Shown here: positions 12,786-28,089 of the stretch, piece after piece
Layout of the letters: each line of letters opens with the position of its first letter
Numbering within the stretch: position 1 is the stretch's first letter
NCBI GenBank assembly: GCA_907165135.1
Contig: OU015568.1
Span: 868,001 to 932,000 of the forward strand
Origin: Oikopleura dioica
Lineage: Eukaryota > Animalia > Chordata
Length of the DNA stretch: 64,000 nucleotides
Direction of reading: 5' to 3'
Notes under the pieces: generated by a model
What the model was told of the DNA's origin: nothing
Databases searched by the model: none
What the model saw: the letters and a program-made list of their open reading frames with translations, nothing else
Program-made: the position numbers and the translations under genes

Positions 12786-14788
12786 ATGTATATCAACAGA
12801 GATTGCAGAAAACTATTTCGTGGATTATTCAATTATTTGATTGTTTTATTGGCGATTTTGAAAGCCGTTGAAATCGTCAAAACCCTTGATTACCTCGACA
12901 ACAAGAAAATATCTTTCCATCAATCAAGACAAAAACAGAACAATTCAAACAAAACAAAACAGCAAAAACACCATTCCGACCCCGTAGAAAACAAGCAAAA
13001 TGATCATTTTCTTCTTCAAGTATCAAATCATTCCTGCCCAAAAGCTGCTCCCAACGATGAAATTTTCAGTAATCCCCCAAATGGGCGAGTTTTAGTTGCA
13101 GTTTTTCCTTATGGCCCGAACAATCAAATTAGGGGCTTTCGAGAGACCATTTTTCTTGCGAAAATGCTCAACAGGTAATTCTCTTTTTTTAGTAACTTTT
13201 CAATCTCAATGTTCAAATTCAAGATCGATAGTTGCTCCACCATTTTTCAAGCACGATCGGACTGACAAATCTGTCTCTTCAAGTTCCAATTTGATCGATC
13301 CATGGGTACTGGTTCAAAATTTTAATTCGACATTCAGTTTCATTAACAAAAGCCAACATTTTTGAATCAGTAAGAGGATCGACTTGACCTTTCGCAAATT
13401 TCTTCCATTGTCCCTTTGGTTGACCCGAGGAAACTGAAGAATTTCTGCGGGGAAAGCTTTGATGTCATTTTGCAAACCAAAAGGAGAAATAATCCTATGA
13501 GCAGAATCGAAGATGTTTACAATTACTCTTCAATGAATTTTCACTCCTTCAAACAAACGAAACGTCAACCATCATTAAACTCAACAACTCTTCCAGCTTC
13601 TGGTAAAACAAAAAGTGCTGCTTAGATTCCATTTTTCAGGTGCGATAAAGCTGGGGACAAATGTAACTCGCGTCCGAGAGCTCTGGACTTCTGATGAAAA
13701 ATGCGCGTTTATGCTCTTCCCATATCACGTGATCAATTTTAAAGGGATCGTGAACAACAGCAAAAAGTATGCATTCGTCGATCTCCAGCGAGAAATCGTC
13801 CGCGCAACCCGCCGACCGAAGTACATTCAAGAAGTCGTGGAGAAATTCTTCGACAGTGAAATCAAGGAGGAATACGGAGCGCTGCACTGGCGGTATGATC
13901 CGAAAGATTGGTTTCTTCATTGCGACAGAGAGAAGAATGAAGGGCCGATTTGCTCTGGAGTAAGAAATGCGAGGAATAATCCAGAAAGATTTGGTGAAAT
14001 GTTGCTGGAGGATTTGCAAACAAAGAGTATTAAAGTTTTGTACATTGCGGCGCCGGTAGATGACCATGAATTGATATCAAAAATCATACTAAAATAGGTG
14101 GTGGTCTAAACTTTGAAGTTCTTACGTGCGATAAGAACTTCGTGTGGCCTAAACTTTGATCGTTCCCATGTGCGATTCTTTGAGAAAGTGGCATAAACTT
14201 TGATTCTTCATATGTGTGAAAGTGGTCTAAACTTTGAATTTCCCCTGAGGCGCTCTGACTAGTTTTATGTGTGTCATCACCTTGAATGAAAAACGTAAAC
14301 CTTATTGGTCTGCATAAAGCGTAGTGGCCTTAGCGGGCGGTGCTCTAGTCACCGATGGCAGAACCGCCTCCGGGGAAATTCAAAGTTTAGGCCACTTTCT
14401 CAAAGAATCACACATGGGAACGATCAAAGTTCAGGCCACACGAAGTTCTTATCGCACATAAGAACTTCAAAGTTTAGACCACCACCTATTTTACCAATCA
14501 AGGTAAGCTTATCTGGAAGCAACACCTTACTGTTAATTTAAGAAGCACATAAAAGTCTTCACAGGAAAAGACCTAGAAAAATTCATCAAGCAGAACTACT
14601 CCTCTTGTCCGAAAATCATGAAAAACTTCCACGATGCTTTCTCACTTCTTGAGCAAGAAATGTGCTTCAAAAGCCGAAGATTCTATCCGTCAACTGGAAG
14701 CAGCTGGAGTCTTAATGTCGTGATGGAAAGAATAGTTTTCGATAAAAGGGAAAACGAAGATAATTATAATCTAATGAAAAATATATAA
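12786..14788 (+). CDS. GDP-fucose protein O-fucosyltransferase-like (O-FucT/POFUT2-like) type II protein; this allele is interrupted by a MITE
   Basis: N-terminal TM segment, then YGPNNQIRGFRE, ALHWRY, VLYIAAP and LEQEMCFKS..STGSSWS motifs. There is an in-frame TAG at 14095-14097 inside the MITE end. Confidence 0.75.
14092..14491. mobile_element. 400 bp MITE with ~110 bp TIRs built of GTGGYCTAAACTTTGA subrepeats, TA target duplication
   Basis: The left arm AAATAGGTGGTGGTCTAAACTTTGAAGTTCTTA.. is the reverse complement of the right arm ending ..AGACCACCACCTATTT. TA flanks both sides (14090-91, 14492-93). Confidence 0.9.
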
Positions 14789-14903
14789 GCTTTAAAATAT
14801 ATGCTATAATATATAGCATTTAATAAATACAAGCATTTTATTAAAGCAAATATATACAGTCAGATTATTCAAACGGGTCTTAAAGCGATTGCTTATAAAT
14901 TTA

Positions 14904-15250
14904 TTATGCAGAAACAGGCTGGTATTCCTTCTTTTCTTTCTTCTTGTTGTTGTGATGCACCTTGCAACAGCCACCGATTATCAAAATAAGGAAGACCAAC
15001 ATAATTAGCGCGGAATTCAAGAATCTGTGAATTGAAGCACCTTCTTCGCCGAAAATAGTAGAATTCATAAATTCAGGATTGAGTGCGTGCGCAATTTTAA
15101 ATTGTATTCTTGTTTACAGTGATCCATCAGGTTGCAGATTCGAGGAGGAAGAGCACCTTTGCTGCATCCCTTTATATTTATTAGAGATTTTTGTCTTCCA
15201 AATCTTGTTACCTGAAGAATTTCGCTGCAGGCACTCTTAGACAATTGCAT
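14904..15250 (-). CDS. 3' exons of a small single-pass membrane protein, unknown
   Basis: Last exon FLNSALIMLVFLILIIGGCCKVHHNNKKKEKKEYQPVSA*. Upstream exons are unresolved. Confidence 0.3.
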
Positions 15251-15699
15251 TCTCTTTTTGTTTCTCTTTTTGAATGAATGGAAAAGCTGAGCTTGATTTA
15301 TTGCAGATTCTGAGTTGATAATCAGCAGGGCTGTTATTCGATGTCCTTGTCTTAGGTCGAGGCGTGAAGCCGTTCGTGGACTCTAATCCACAAACTATAC
15401 AATTGCGGTCGCCAAGAACTTTGAGTTTGATTAAGTACTTTAATGGCCAGCGACTTTTCGGCGAATAAATACGGTCATAAAATTTTTAATTGCTAGAAAT
15501 CGCAGAGAAATACCTTGCCAGAGAAATATAAAATTTTGTCATGATCTGGACGATCTTTTCTTTTTCGCTTACATTTTTTTTCAAAAATTATGTATTTGGC
15601 AGTAAATAATAAGAATTACACTTGTACAGATAGAAGATATTTACTCGTCATTTTGTCTATTGCATCAGAGCCCCTGATTGTTTCAGGATTTTCAGGTTC

Positions 15700-18830
<3,131 letters not shown>

Positions 18831-20237
18831 CAGCAGATTCTTCGCTTTCTCTTTTCGTCAGGAATTTGATTCTTCAAGATCTCTGCAGTTTTCGTCTGGT
18901 TTTGTTGATGTTAGGACTGGATCGATGCGCCGGGATTATGTAATTGGACTTATTGGACTTGTGGAGCGACTGTGTGATTTGGTGACATAGAAAGTTACTT
19001 TCTGAACAAATAATAACTGTAATTATGTAACATTATGATATTTTAATTAATGATCACGCAGAGGAAGCACCGGTTCAAATTGCAAGGGATTTTTATGTTC
19101 TCATTTTGTACAGATAAAATTATTTCTTCTTTATGATTTCCAAGCTCATTTCTCTTTCTTATTCCAACCGGAAAAAATCGCAATTCAAAGTCGAAAAGAC
19201 ATAAAAAAATCGAGTCCAACCGGGGTCAAAAATCAGCAACTGGCTTGTTTACTCTTTGCTCCTTTCGAAAGAATCCTCATTCGATTTCAAAAAAAATCGA
19301 ACGAAATTTTCGGCAAGTAGACTCTGTCAATACTACCCGCCGTGGTATTTACACAATGAGGTGTGTTTCTTCGTAAAAAATCATATCGGAAGGAGAGCTA
19401 GGAAGAACGAGCTTAGTTTCTCTTTTTTCGAGGACACGTGTCTTGAAAACGGTGGTGAAAGATGGGATCAATATCGAGTTTGAAGAATTGCGCGGGATGA
19501 ACTTATTTTCATTGGCGCAGGCGGTTTCAAGCTCGTACGATAATTTTAATAAGAAATGTTGAATCAGCAACTTTGTCATCCTTGATCGAAAAATTAATTC
19601 TTAACCAAAACAAGGCGAATATATTTAATGTTACATTTACCTTGATATTAAATTCGATTATTTATGATCACGAATTTTTATTTTAAAAATCTGAAGGCCT
19701 CTTCCAAGGGCAAGGATAAGCTTATCACTTTAGCTCAGAGTGTGATTTAGACATAGGTGTGAGCAGACTTCAAGCAGACACAATCATAGAGAAAATTTTG
19801 CTTAGATTTTGTTTGAACAAGAGAATGTCTCAAAAACGAGAATTCATAACTCAACCAAGAAGAGCAGGCTACAAAATTCCCGATTTGAAAGGAAATGGAA
19901 AAATCAAGTAACAACAAGAATAAGTTCTTTCGCTAATTTGATGATTGTTATCCATACTCAGGGCTTATTTCTAAGATTTATAATGTGAATTATATAATTT
20001 ATCTTTATGACATATAATATGCAAAAATATAAATGGCTGGAGCGCTTATCGTAAGCCTTGGGACTGATAACATCCCAGATGCAATTGCGTCATCGAGAAT
20101 TCAATTGTCTGGGAGCTTTAGGTCACCATCGAAATCAATCTGAAAAAGAAGAAGAAGCTAGTCATGACCGAAAAAAGTAAGGATAATAGTACTTCAAATC
20201 CAAAATAAAAATTCCGTGAAGTACTGATTCAAAAAAA

Positions 20238-21408
20238 ATGGAGAAAAAACCGCTTGAAGAACTTTTCTTCCCTGATATTACTCCCTTGAAAAGAAGCATA
20301 ATTTCAAATGCGAGAAAAGCTACTTCTTCAGTCATAAGAAAATGCGATGATTTTGCCATTTCCGGAAGAAGAAATTTCACTCCGAAAAACATTCTGGTTC
20401 TTGCTTTTCTGGCGATGCTTCCTCTTTCGATCCCACATTTGCGAAACCTGAAAATGAAGATTGGCAGAATAGCTTCTTCACCTCCCGCCCTCTCAATTCC
20501 CGACTTTCCCGACTTTCCGAAAATCTCCTTTCCAGAGCTTCCAGCGGTCAACTTTCACTCTAAAACGAGCCGCCACGAAGTCAAGAAGTGCGGAGAATCA
20601 GAAGACATCATAAACCTGCGTAAAGAACTAATAGAGCTTCGAGAAGAGCTTGATGATCTCCGAAAAAATCCTCTCAACGCGGAAAAAGTCAAGGAGGAAC
20701 TTCAAGAAATTGTTTATTCAACTCTTGAAGACAAGGTTTGCCCCGACAAAAGTTTTTTTTTCAACTCGTATTTTTAAGACGGGCATGGCTGATTACGCGC
20801 TAGAATCAGCAGGTGCAGAAGTTCTCGAAAAATGGACGACTCCGGGAATCCCGACTGGAAACGCTTTGATGAAGATTTGGAACATGCCGATTTTCTACCA
20901 GACAATGTCTCCTAGACTTGCTCTTCAACCGAATGTGCATCCGGGGAATTGCTTCGCGTTTGCGGGAGATACAGGCTTTCTGACGGTCAAGCTCGCTCGG
21001 CCGATTTACCCAACCAATTTTACCATCGAGCACATTCCAAAGGTACTTTCTTCGTGAAATTTTTACGCCTTACTATTTCAGGCACTGTCATTTGGCGACA
21101 TAAGCTCTGCTCCGAGAAACCTGACTCTGGAAGTATTCAACCCTATTTCCGGAAAAGGCAGCATCGTCGGCACCTCAACATTCAACATCGACGGTTTTCC
21201 CGTTCAGACCTTCAGGACTTCCATTACTGATGCTCTTTCTAAACCAACTCAGGTCAAAGGTCTTTCCTTTTGAAAAGCATTGTCAACCTGGACACAAAGG
21301 AAGACCTTATTTAAGTTCATACGACTAAGAATCAATTCAAACTGGGGAAATCCCAATTTTACTTGTCTCTACCGACTCCGTGTTCATGGATCTCAACATG
21401 ATTTTTAA
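20238..21408 (+). CDS. SUN-domain nuclear envelope protein
   Basis: TM and coiled coil followed by a SUN domain: [51 protein letters not shown]. Confidence 0.92.
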
Positions 21409-22016
21409 CCTATTTTAGTTAAATTTAACCCATTCAAATCAGATAACAAATATTCAGCTTTCTTATGCATATTTTCATGATACGAAAAGCGAGATTTGCC
21501 AATCTTTCTGAATGAAAAAAAAATAAAAATTGATATTTCGGCGTCTTGAAGAAATACTTTCTTCAAGAAAATATCATTCTGATATTGTCAAATTTTCCTC
21601 CTGACATCTGAAGATGTCAAAAACGTCACCTTCATATTGAACTAATCTTCTAATAATCTTTCTTTTTATTTTACTAACTCCACTAACAACATTTCTCAAA
21701 GTGTTTCAAAGCTGCCGAAAATGTCAAATGAATGAAGTCAATAAAATTCCTATCGTTAAAAATCGGCGTCAATTTGGCTATTTTTATCTTAGCGTTGAAC
21801 AATTGCGCGCTATCTCTTGAGCTCTTCGATTAGTTTTATCTTTTCAAATCTGGAGGACTTCTGTCATAACAAAATTTAAACTCCGCCGCTATCGCCTTTA
21901 AACCGAGAAAAAGAGAAGGCTTCGCAAAGGAACTTTGCCCGCGGCACCTATCGCTTAGCTGGTACGACCTCTCAGCAGAAGCCACATTCTAGGGCCGATA
22001 TTATGAAAAAGCAAGG

Positions 22017-23355
22017 ATGGAGAGAATTTATTTGAAAGGGCTTTTCGTTTGCTTCGTTCAATTTGTTTTGTTTGGGGCTTTGTACTGGCATTTTACAGAA
22101 AGAATAGAAGAGTCTTTCAGCTTCGAGTATTATTCAAAGGTAAGAATCAATGCTGTTATAATTGCCTTGAAAATTTTTTTCTAGAGATCAAACAAAGAAG
22201 AGAGTAAAACTGAGAAATTTCTTGAGAAAGAAGATGAATTATGGATAGGAAAGGCTCAAAAATCCCATTTCTAGTTCTTGTACTTTTTAAAAGCCGGTTC
22301 ATAATTATTTTTATGATCGATTTTATTGCGTTTCGGAAGAAATTAGGATCTATCAAATAAAATAATTGGAAAATAGCCTTTTGAAAGAACCTACACCATA
22401 CAACAGCAAAAAATGGGGAAAAACTCAATCCCACGAAAATTTCAATTACAACGAAGCATATTTCTCCAACTCCGCTCCGCCAAATTTCATCGGAGCTGGC
22501 GCGAAAAAATGTGGCACCGGCGCCTTTAAATTCTTTATGGGTCACCATCAGCATTTCAAACAAGCGAGAGGGGGAGAAGCACACTTCATTTATGACGATT
22601 CGAAATGGGCTCTCGGCTGGCCCTACTACCAAAAATATTTCAAGGGCTACGGCCCAAACGATGGAAATGTAATTTTCGAAGGAACGCCGAGATACATGGT
22701 CGAAAACCTGGTCCCAGAAAGGGTAAAAGCGATGAATCCTTTGATGAAAATCGTGTTTGTCTTCTGCGATCCAATCAAGCGCCTCAAATCTGACTTCATG
22801 CACGTTCCTTTGACAAAAGAGCCGCACAATCGAATCATTGGTGCGTATTCAAAAGTCGGGGACATCATCGACTCTGCTCTTCCAGACATCAAATCGAAGC
22901 TCAAACTCCACGGGGAAGACTACATCACTGACATTTATCGCCACGACATCGCACACAGCCTTTTCACCAATAGCATCTACGTTCATCACCTCAAACATTG
23001 GCTAGAATACTTCCCGAAAAACCAAATCCTGATTCTCGAAGGCGAAGAAATCCTAAAATCGCCGCAAAAAATGGCTAAAAAGACGCAAAAATTTCTCAAT
23101 CTCGAGGAAGAAATCAAGGACGAGCACTTTTTCATCAACAAAACTTCTGGTTACTACTGTATCAAAAACCCAGCCACTCTCGAGCCCCACTGTATGTCTA
23201 CAAAAGCAAAAGGGCGGTCATCGAAGGTTGATCCAGAAGTTCTAGAGCTATCAGAAGAGCAAGAAAAGGAGCTGAATGAGTTTTTTCTGCCTTTTAATCT
23301 GCAACTCTGTGAGATTATTGGACCCAGTTTGAGCTTTTTAAAGCACATTTGCTAG
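22017..23355 (+). CDS. Heparan sulfate 3-O-sulfotransferase-like sulfotransferase
   Basis: TM exon at 22017-22140, 5'-PSB motif GAKKCGT, EGTPRY, 3'-PB motif CDPIKRLKSDF, and GYYC..CM..KGR. Confidence 0.85.
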
Positions 23356-23459
23356 AATTTCTTCAATTGAAAATAGAAAAAATGGATGAAATTAATAAAT
23401 AATAAATAAATATCGTATATTTTCGAGAAAAAACGGAATATACAGTCAGGCTGACTGAG

Positions 23460-24469
23460 TCAGCTTCGGAAATATTCTTCAATATCAAAAACGTCGAATC
23501 CTGCTTCTAATAGAACTTCATGAACATCTCGTATCGTCTTATCCCCGATTTCGATCATTTCTTTCGTGTAGTATTCAAATGACGGCGGGACTTTTTCTCG
23601 CTTGAAAGAAACTGCTGCTTTTTGAAGCTAAAAGTTTCATAAAAAGATAATCGATTTTGCGAAAACTTACTTCGCTGAGACATTTAATTCTCATCTCTCT
23701 GTCGTCAGGAGTCCAGCCTATTCCGTCATCTAAGAAATTCAGAACTTTTTCCATCTCATAAGTGGCGTTTTCCTTGAGTCGCTCAAAGCTGTAAACGTGC
23801 AGAGGAAGATTTCTAGAGCGGGCGATTTCAGTCACATTTCGCGCCAAGTTGCCCCAGCCTTGAAGCCATCTTGGCGCATTCTAGATCCATTTTTAGTCAG
23901 ACACATTGATTATTTCTTACCTCGAACCAAGGCTTGGATTTGAAGATATCTTCTTCGACGACACTTGTATGCCCATGCCCTCTTCTTCTTTTGAATTCCG
24001 CGATTATCGCGTCATATGGATTTCTGACGACAAAAATAAGCGCTTTAGCTCTGTCCATCACTTCTTCATTTGACGGAAAATGAGATTTGACAATCATCGT
24101 CATTCCACTGAGAGGATTCGTCCCTTCGCCCTTGAATCCTCCTCTTGCGAGGGAACCATCGGAGTAGATGCTTCCTGTGTAGATTCCTGTCGCGTCTTCG
24201 AGTAAAATACGCGTCCAGGTATTGCCGCTTCCGGGGTAGGACAAAAGTGGGACGATTTCGAATTCTCCTTTCTTCCCCAGTCGTACTTTTCTCTCACTGC
24301 ATTCTTGCTCTAGAATTTCTTTCTCGATCCCCGTCTCCTGTGGCTGATATTTCCCCTCTTCCAGCTGATTTATCATAAGTTCTTCTTCATAATCACGAAA
24401 AGTAGCAAGAGCCAAGAGTAAAATAGGAACAACGATAAGGATTTTTATTTTCGATGTAATTTCTGTCAT
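23460..24469 (-). CDS. WSCD1/2-like sulfotransferase domain protein
   Basis: Signal anchor, then [32 protein letters not shown] and [13 protein letters not shown]. Confidence 0.85.
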
Positions 24470-24626
24470 TTTACAAGCATTTCTTTGAATCGAAAAAAAA
24501 GGATTATGGCAAGGGATTCAATCTATTCAAGAGAAGCTAAACAGCCCGCGGCAAGAGTAGAACATGCGAAATGTCAATTTTGAAAATGAAACAATTTCAA
24601 ACCAGGCAAAACAAGTTTAATTTATG

Positions 24627-24821
24627 TTAGATGCAGTAGGTCGAGTACAGTGAATTAAACATCATTCGATAGCTCTTTCTTATTCTCCAATCGTTCAACG
24701 CAACATTGAATATTCTGCATTTTACTCTCAGGTCAATATTGCCAATTTCTGTTCTCATTCTTATTCCTCTTGCCTCAAGAAAGAAGCAGCTGAAGAGTAA
24801 AAAGATGCAAAAAAGATTCAT
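24627..24821 (-). CDS. Candidate 64-aa secreted peptide precursor
   Basis: Single-exon ORF with a signal-peptide-like N-terminus (MNLFCIFLLFSCFFLEARG) and two Cys in the mature part. Confidence 0.4.
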   Translation of the reverse strand: MNLFCIFLLFSCFFLEARGIRMRTEIGNIDLRVKCRIFNVALNDWRIRKSYRMMFNSLYSTYCI

Positions 24822-25224
24822 GTGCGGTTTTTGTTTCAGAAAAAATGCTCTCTTCTTATTAGAGTGGGACCCTCTGGGCCAGAGGCTCTGGCGTCAATCC
24901 CAGTCTGGGTTTTTGACGTCAATATATTAGGCTTATACCTTGAGTAACTTTTGAATGAGATGATCCTGTCAATGCACAAGTGTGTATCTGCTACTAGCTG
25001 TGCATCATACTTAAATTATTATCGCTTTAAAAGAACCACTACGAAAATGAATAATTATAATATATTTAATAGTTGATCGTTCAACAGAAAGAAAAAACTG
25101 ATAGGCAAAACTCTCTATGGTAAGTGTGAAAGAAGCAGACATAAGAATCGCAGGGCAGTCAGCGGTATTAGAATTAAATTAAAAATAACAAATAATTAGA
25201 GTAATTTTCATTCTCAGTTTCATC

Positions 25225-28089
25225 TCAGCCACTTATTGTTGTGTTGGCCCAATCAGGATAGACGCCAAGGTTGTAAGTTGGATAAGCTATAAAATGGAAT
25301 TTTCGGGAATCAAGGAAGAGAACGCTTACCTATGATAGGTAGGAAAATCGCCGAGATTGTGACACAAATGATGTTCATCAAGAATCCGGCCCGGACCATG
25401 TCAAACGATCGCAAGGCACCGTAACTGAAGGCGATTGCATTTGGCGGCGTCGCGATAGGCAAAAGGAAGGCGAAGGAACATGCCATGGTGGCTGGAATGC
25501 AGAGCACGAGGGGATTGAGGTGGATCGCTTGCGCCAGACTCATCAAAATCGGAAGAAAAACCGAGGCGGTTGATGTATTTGAAGTAAAACCGGTGACGAA
25601 GGAGATCAACAGTGCGATGGAAAAGGGAAGGATCGAAAACGGCCATTCAGAAACTAACTCTTTTATTCCTTCCCCGAGAATCTGTGACAATCCTGAGCGC
25701 TGGCAAGCATCAGCAAGGGCAAAGCCGGCTCCAAGGAGGATGATGACGTCCCAAGCAAGAGTTCGTTGAACTTCTTTCCATTTTAAAATTGGCTCTGCAG
25801 CTTTTGGCATTCCTTCTTCATCTTTTTCACAGGGCTTTCCGAGGAGCCAGCGGAAGAAATTCGGCTGTGAAGGGAAGATAAAAAGACTGAAAAACCAGTA
25901 GATAGAAGGAGAAAGTAGGGAAGGCATACCTGAAACAGGTCAAAAGAGCTGGAGTAGAGTCCCTTACGTATCCACCATCAAAACCCGCTTCCCATCCAGG
26001 CATAAACTTGGGACTTCTCGTAAACCAAAGCACAGCCAGAGCGACAAAATGAATCAATACAACGATTTCGGTGTACTTCATCTTTCCAAGATTCTCATAT
26101 CGATCGTGAATGTCCTTTACGACTTGTTCATCCTGCGATGTCACTTCGCGCCGTTTGATGTCATTCCACACTTTTTTGATTCCAACGAAGAGGGTCAAAA
26201 GCCAAATCCAGCAGAAAATATTGCAAATGATCGAAACGGGAAGAGCGTAGACCATCCAAGTGAGAAAATTGATTTCTTCTCCAGCGGAAGGGTGGTTGAA
26301 GACGGTGGAGATTTGGGTTTGGAGGATGAGATTGACGGGTGTGCCGATGAGTGTGCCGATTCCGCCGATGTTGGCGGAGTAGGCGACTGCGAGAAGCATG
26401 GCTTTCATGAGCTAGAATTTGAATTTTAGATTCTGTCTTTTTGCGATTGATAAAATGAGGTAAAAAATTGAATTGGTGATTTTTGGTAACCGTCATTGAA
26501 AACGAAAAAAAAACTCTAATTTTTCCCGAACGCATTTGGTTTATGGTTTCTTACCAGATCTGGAGATTCCTTCGATTTTCTTTTCTTCTGTTTTCTCGTT
26601 CGTGAGACTCGTTTTTCCACCAAAAGATTCTGGTTCGAAGTATCCAACGTCATGGCAGACTCGTTTTGAATCTAAATAACAGTTACTTACAGTCAAAAAA
26701 TGAAAAATTCACTGCAAAGCGAAGCAAAAATGTACAGTTGCCACCGTAAGTCACCAATGAAATCACCAGCCACTGTAATTGACTGTAAACTTACGATTTG
26801 GTCGACTCTACTTGACGGCCTCTTGTCTTCGTTTTTGATTACCTGGTAAGAGTCAGTTAGGGGTGTCTGGGCGTCACTGAAGCCATCCACGTCCTAAAAC
26901 GCAGCTTGTTAGTTGAGTTAATAGCTTCACAAACTAATTACGAAAAAAATCTCTCTAGTTGATTTGATTAAGAGAAACGCACGAAAAGAACATCTCACAC
27001 GTCAGTTTTCATTTCAACGCACATTTCCGTTTTCGAATCCAGCCACCGGGTCGACAACGATTCGGGGCACTTGGGTTCCAGATTGACGATTATTCTAAAA
27101 GGAAGAAATACAGCTCATAAACAGGCATCAATCAAACCTTTTGTCGCTCTTGCGATTGCTGAACAGATGTCATCGAAGTCATGGGAGAAGCTAATGCTGA
27201 TGGATTCCGCGAGTATCGCATTTTCTTTTGAATCATGGATCAGCTACTAGTTTAAATTTAAGCTTCAAACCTGGATAAAACCGCCAAATTTAGAAAGATG
27301 GATCGACAAGGTCGACTTTTGTGGCCCAGTTTCGTAGGCAGCGGGGTCGAGAGTTACATTAAAGCCTATTCAAGCTCTAGAATTAAGAGATGAACTCCCA
27401 TCGTAAAAACCATTTTCGGAGTCCCGTGAGAAAAGACTCTTTTCTAGAACAATCCTTGATCCGCCTCAATCTCCGAGCTTTCTTCTTTCACTTCCGAGGA
27501 ATCTTCTTTGTCCCCAACGATTGTTTTGACTGTAGCGACGGCGATGGGCAACATCATTGCGGTTGTGGCGGTGTTTGAAATCCACATGCTCAAGAAAGCC
27601 GTGACAAACATGATTGATCCCATAATTGTGTGAAGTTTTGCGCCAGCGACTTTCAATAAGGTTGAAAAAAAGTCGCTCGAATACGGAAAACTTACAGAGC
27701 CCGTTTATCAGTAAAGGAAAAAGCGTGTGTCGTATGTCACACGTGACTTAGCTTAGCAGTTGATTACCCAGTCTTAGATAACGAGCGCTTAAATCACCCT
27801 TTCCCTTTCATTACACGCAGGGCGATTCGCAAGTGCAAATTGCACTTTTCAATTGCAATCGCGACGATCAAGCCTCCAAAGAACAGAAAGTTCGTGTCTA
27901 AAAATGGCTAAGACGCGCTGGAGGGTTAATTTTCTCACCCTTGAAATAATGGACCGCAACTTCTTTTGCTGGCAAAAGTCCGAAGAGAGGAAATAGAAAC
28001 ATAGGCATCAAGGAAGTTACGGCCAAAGGAGTGACTTCGAATGTCCAGTAGATTGACATGAGAATCAGGCAGAAGAGACATTTGTATGG
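25225..28089 (-). CDS. SLC13A: SLC13 family Na+/sulfate or dicarboxylate cotransporter (first exon not located)
   Basis: Motifs [58 protein letters not shown] and C-terminal YPDWA. Confidence 0.93.

Noticed and set aside
14092-14491. CRISPR-like array of 16 bp repeats with variable spacers (also 63318-63433)
   Set aside because: The units are arranged as inverted arms of TIR elements in a eukaryotic genome, with no cas genes.
22156-22827. Long antisense ORFs (also 10120-10515, 11516-11947, 20162-20551, 38972-39478)
   Set aside because: Shadow ORFs opposite well-supported genes, with no independent motifs.
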